Assembly: GCA_029288895.1 (NCBI GenBank)
Contig: JARIGK010000001.1
Coordinates: 1,446 to 65,445, forward strand
Direction of reading: 5' to 3'
DNA length: 64,000 bases
Origin: Candidatus Adlerbacteria bacterium
Lineage (GTDB): Bacteria; Patescibacteriota; Minisyncoccia; Phycocordibacterales; SBAW01
A model generated the notes under the pieces. It did not search any database. It saw nothing but the letters and a program-made list of their open reading frames with translations, and was not told the DNA's origin. This document shows positions 63,401 through 64,000 of this stretch, in pieces. Every line of letters starts with the position of its first letter. Position 1 is the stretch's first letter. A program made the position numbers and the translations under genes.

Positions 63401-64000
63401 TGCCTCATCATATTTCTCGATTGCTGCAACGGGTGGCAACAACAATGCCTCGGTATTTGGCGTTAACGGAACATCCGTGCTTGCTCTTCAGTTAAACGGT
63501 GGCATCCAAGTGGGCAGCTATGTGAACATTTCAAACACGCTTGTTGCAGCTCCTGCAAACGGTCTTATCATGGCGGGAAGCTTGGGCATCGGTACAACGT
63601 CTCCAAACTCCGCACTTCAAATTGCAGGTGTGGGCCAGACAACGGCAAATATGACTGACAGCGGCGTACAGACCGCAACGCTCAATATTGAAGACAATAA
63701 CGCATCAAATCCAGCTGGTGCCGGCGGCGCACTTGTCTTTTCATCAGCGGCAACTGCGGGGACTTATGCGCAGGCTGCAATTAAAGCGCTTATCACAAAT
63801 GGTGGCGGTAGAGGCATCGGCGACCTTGCGTTCTCGACACGTAACGCAACAAGCGATACAAACCTTACTGAGCGTTTGCGCATTACAGCGGGAGGTAACA
63901 TCGGCATCGGTACGACATCGCCATACGCAACGTTTGCAGTAAACGGAAATTCTGACTTGGGCACCAGCGCAACAGCTGGCTACTTCACTGCAACCTCAAC
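57450..64000 (+). CDS. giant repetitive Gly/Asn/Thr/Ser-rich cell-surface protein, 5' partial (at least 2183 codons, continues beyond the window)
   Basis: Frame 0 (positions 3n) has a TAG at 57402-57404 and the first ATG at 57450, then no stop codon through position 64000. This was checked codon-by-codon and confirmed at checkpoints 57780, 58020, 60000 and 63000. Product: N-terminal HTH-like module (MSPNKKILDTHGDPMLSARKAALRLRCASDYVSKLCREGKLDGQLVDGQWFVAPASIKAF), one TM helix (ALAVSAPIGAIAGGAMLFGAVVFA), then repeats such as GNVGIGTTSP, IGNGNQNGGLTIFGGATTTGNA and ATSTNFFSTxASSTNLFA, reminiscent of tail-fibre and beta-helical adhesin repeats. The ORF track does not list it because no stop codon occurs in the window. 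Confidence 0.85.
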   Translation, partial: MSPNKKILDTHGDPMLSARKAALRLRCASDYVSKLCREGKLDGQLVDGQWFVAPASIKAFEEARIRAKQERSQQLAEQRRKENFEYKKTYGSFGTRTLLRARALAVSAPIGAIAGGAMLFGAVVFASTMHTPAHSQLASVSSAESAFFGTQPPAVHVSGAAFENASNFLRGTFATLFGSSKNNTIELAQNSSPSQRGELSADNSPMSGAVAPANVSTGLNSASAPVVQNITNTYPVIQRTVVQQVASAGVSEDYVTLRLQDLYNRIAVQLSNLQNPGRESPLQNFAVSQVINNLSNVRLNGLSTADDINAHTINSGSLSITGDASFGGTNNFNTVHIAGILTAATTTTGALTVNGNATTTGVAYFQNDVNIGGNTVIAGNLTVLNNNGNPGTAFAGTTTVTNLGVTNLSTSTFAGSLQTGGALAVGGNQYSGFKLSVNGLAYIGDPAAPYPGLVPGDEMEAQLVIRRDANPATMVLRNMNALTDAADIISFANSSDDQDGKLQLNGVAATSLSGSRSFNIMSNFGDIGFWRNYSGAGTPTNSLTIKGASAGTTAGFVGIGTQSPQAKLDVRDQIFVRNTDGLVGTNDGVEIATDSSVPRISIVAGNRYVGLFGGTASGDVLVQNSAGGSTIFKGGSGGNVELARITNDGNFGLGTANPNYKLSIENGSAPGASFPTSGFGFVLSGTGFANANNRFASVEGNKATYFLTRDTGVSTGELSTYDYGAGVGMPLLLNANGGNVSIGSATVAQSTLDVFGSLALGSYAGVNAAPTNGFIVSGNVGIGTTTPATTFAVQGNGLVSGTFTAGSIIATSSFTLNGSGTINGGFAAYASSTIGNGNQNGGLTIFGGATTTGNALFTGGVGIGVATSAAGTLQVANNAYFGGNLFVGGNSTTIGNSTSNSLVINSSIKSDLVPDQNITRDLGSPSFYWRNVYVGNIVANNISAASTTISGTNSATFTINADNVTSDTEDQDLIFFRGNVVPNALLSWKTTPKRFEFNQPLFIQNNTNNTLGNTTLDLKGETGQTGALFNVASSTGTSYFNIANTGLTTLAQGFISQASSTVNGSLTVNGSAITNGTITASNIIATSTLTVNGLAIFSNGISLTSSTTIGNGNQNGGLTIFGGATTTGNALFSGALTAAGNSLFSNATSTNFFSTTASSTNLFAANASFGTAAAQYLTTTAGANIDNYITLGKNIFGAGGHGDFDGGIRFNDTGTNIPRGITSASNGTAMAIGINGNNFGSQALSNQGVQMYFDARGPYGRFDVYTYEAGTGAENAPISLSSVNTLNIGDGAPTNSQVATLYVKDNTSLASVPTFRIDQNGNGTSDLMQWFTSGGVQLGAIKANGNLGIGTSTASQALSVQGNGLFSGNISAAAITATSTLNVTGLSSFFNGILATASSTIGNGNQNGGLTINGGATTTGSAYFASNVGIGTANPGYTLDVNGSFHANSMFLTGGGNSLSFGTSNANARITGDNASSANYLDFYTEGFSRLHISDNGNVGIGTTTPSQLFAVQGNQYTSGTAFFGGAITATSTLNVTGLSTLGSLSVTGNTTLANATSTNFFSTVASSTNLFAQTGSIGTLNAQALTVSGNTTHTGTLTQTGLATFTNGFVSQASSTVSGGLFTANGGASTTVLSASGSAYFATSGGNVGIGQNSPKEKLDSNGAGIFSGDFATGINAENYAAAVLISTNSGATTGRISAASNGANNVDLELRALNAGSSNSGQLYLKSNGNVGIGTTSPFYKLSVEGSSTLGNQAIAGFFNATSTTATSTFSGGLTVGGSNFNVTPNGNVGIGAATDGSFPFEVSNAGGSFAQFTRSSVGTWILGMTGSFGASAGSYHDNGDFQIAGSGTVAGQGLIIQTRNTGNSLINALYLNGSGAVGIGTTTTNVSQSGLLTVNANPSTYLPNAFVVSSTTAAGVTSNLFNVLANGTVGVGTSSPATTLSVQGNGYFTGNVGVGLSSPTALLEVAGNANSSDFRVSRIGNASSYFSIAATGGNNNASVFGVNGTSVLALQLNGGIQVGSYVNISNTLVAAPANGLIMAGSLGIGTTSPNSALQIAGVGQTTANMTDSGVQTATLNIEDNNASNPAGAGGALVFSSAATAGTYAQAAIKALITNGGGRGIGDLAFSTRNATSDTNLTERLRITAGGNIGIGTTSPYATFAVNGNSDLGTSATAGYFTATS
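59948..61716 (+). repeat. three copies of a roughly 66-nt intragenic repeat spaced about 830-880 nt apart, reflecting an approximately 280-aa module duplication inside the giant gene
   Basis: The repeat core attggcaacggcaa(c/t)caaaacgg(c/a)gg(c/t)ct...ggcgcaac(g/a)acgac(g/a)gg encodes IGNGNQNGGLTI(F/N)GGATTTG. Copies lie at about 59948-60013, 60774-60839 and 61651-61716. A second repeat, acatcgac(g/a)aacttcttctcgac...aa(a/c)(c/t)t(a/g)tt(t/c)gca, lies at about 60890-60945 and 62117-62170. Confidence 0.8.

Noticed and set aside
57781-63964. About 25 short ORFs on both strands across 57.5-64 kb (for example 59785..60504 +, 60933..61532 -, 58235..58669 -)
   Set aside because: All lie off-frame or antisense within the single long frame-0 ORF. 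Their products are low-complexity mirror images of the Gly/Asn/Thr-rich repeats: Arg/Cys/Val-rich on the antisense strand, Arg/Ser/Leu/Gln-rich in the other sense frames. They are shadow ORFs.
1-64000. CRISPR arrays, rRNA genes, IS elements or integrases
   Set aside because: No direct-repeat/spacer arrays, no rRNA-like conserved stretches and no transposase or integrase motifs (DDE, tyrosine-recombinase R..H..R..Y) were seen in any frame. The RusA-like fragment and the Com-like micro-ORF are the only phage-flavoured elements, and they are not contiguous.

Overview
This is a 64-kb chromosomal window from a bacterium with about 55% GC coding DNA and sharply AT-rich intergenic spacers. Genes are compact and many have overlapping start/stop junctions. 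Several features suggest a Patescibacteria/CPR-like lineage, but only with low confidence: a lamin-tail-domain protein, a soluble TraG/VirD4-like ATPase, many GT4 glycosyltransferases, unlinked tRNAs and a giant repetitive surface protein. The content runs in this order. (1) A RusA-like gene fragment, tRNA-Ile(GAT) and a NUDIX gene. (2) A minus-strand operon encoding an OmpR-type response regulator, a ThiF/E1-like enzyme, an unknown possible acyltransferase, a 7TM-GAF sensor kinase and RadC (a JAB-domain protein). (3) Housekeeping and cell-wall genes: endonuclease V, tRNA-Leu(CAG), a fasciclin-domain protein, a Bpt/ATE-like aminoacyl-tRNA--protein transferase, Mpl, a PgeF/DUF152-like protein and RsmI. 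(4) A soluble T4SS coupling-ATPase-like protein fused in operon with a secreted lamin-tail/PKD protein. (5) A surface-glycan biosynthesis island of about 31 kb (16.5-47.7 kb). It has at least 10 glycosyltransferases (GT4, GT2, GT11), methyltransferases, AsnB, a GDP-6-deoxyhexose modification set (Gmd, two cupins, a C-methyltransferase, a carbamoyltransferase), a Wzx flippase and a Wzy/O-antigen-ligase-like TPR protein. Embedded in it is a non-canonical Dlt-like module: an MBOAT, two DltD-like proteins, AcpS, a carrier protein, an FkbH-like loader, a MaoC dehydratase and an SDR. This module looks like a carrier-protein-dependent system for O-acylating a surface polymer with a glycerate-derived unit. 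(6) murB, a polybasic micro-ORF with its own terminator, secA, a DoxX protein, a stand-alone RNA polymerase alpha-CTD-like protein, NUDIX, ccdA, obg and gatB. (7) Two consecutive genes that share an N-terminal HTH-like module followed by a transmembrane segment. The second is a giant open reading frame of at least 2183 codons (57450 to the window end, no stop codon). It is highly repetitive and rich in Gly/Asn/Thr/Ser, and it is absent from the supplied ORF track because it never terminates inside the window. No rRNA, CRISPR array or obvious transposase was found.
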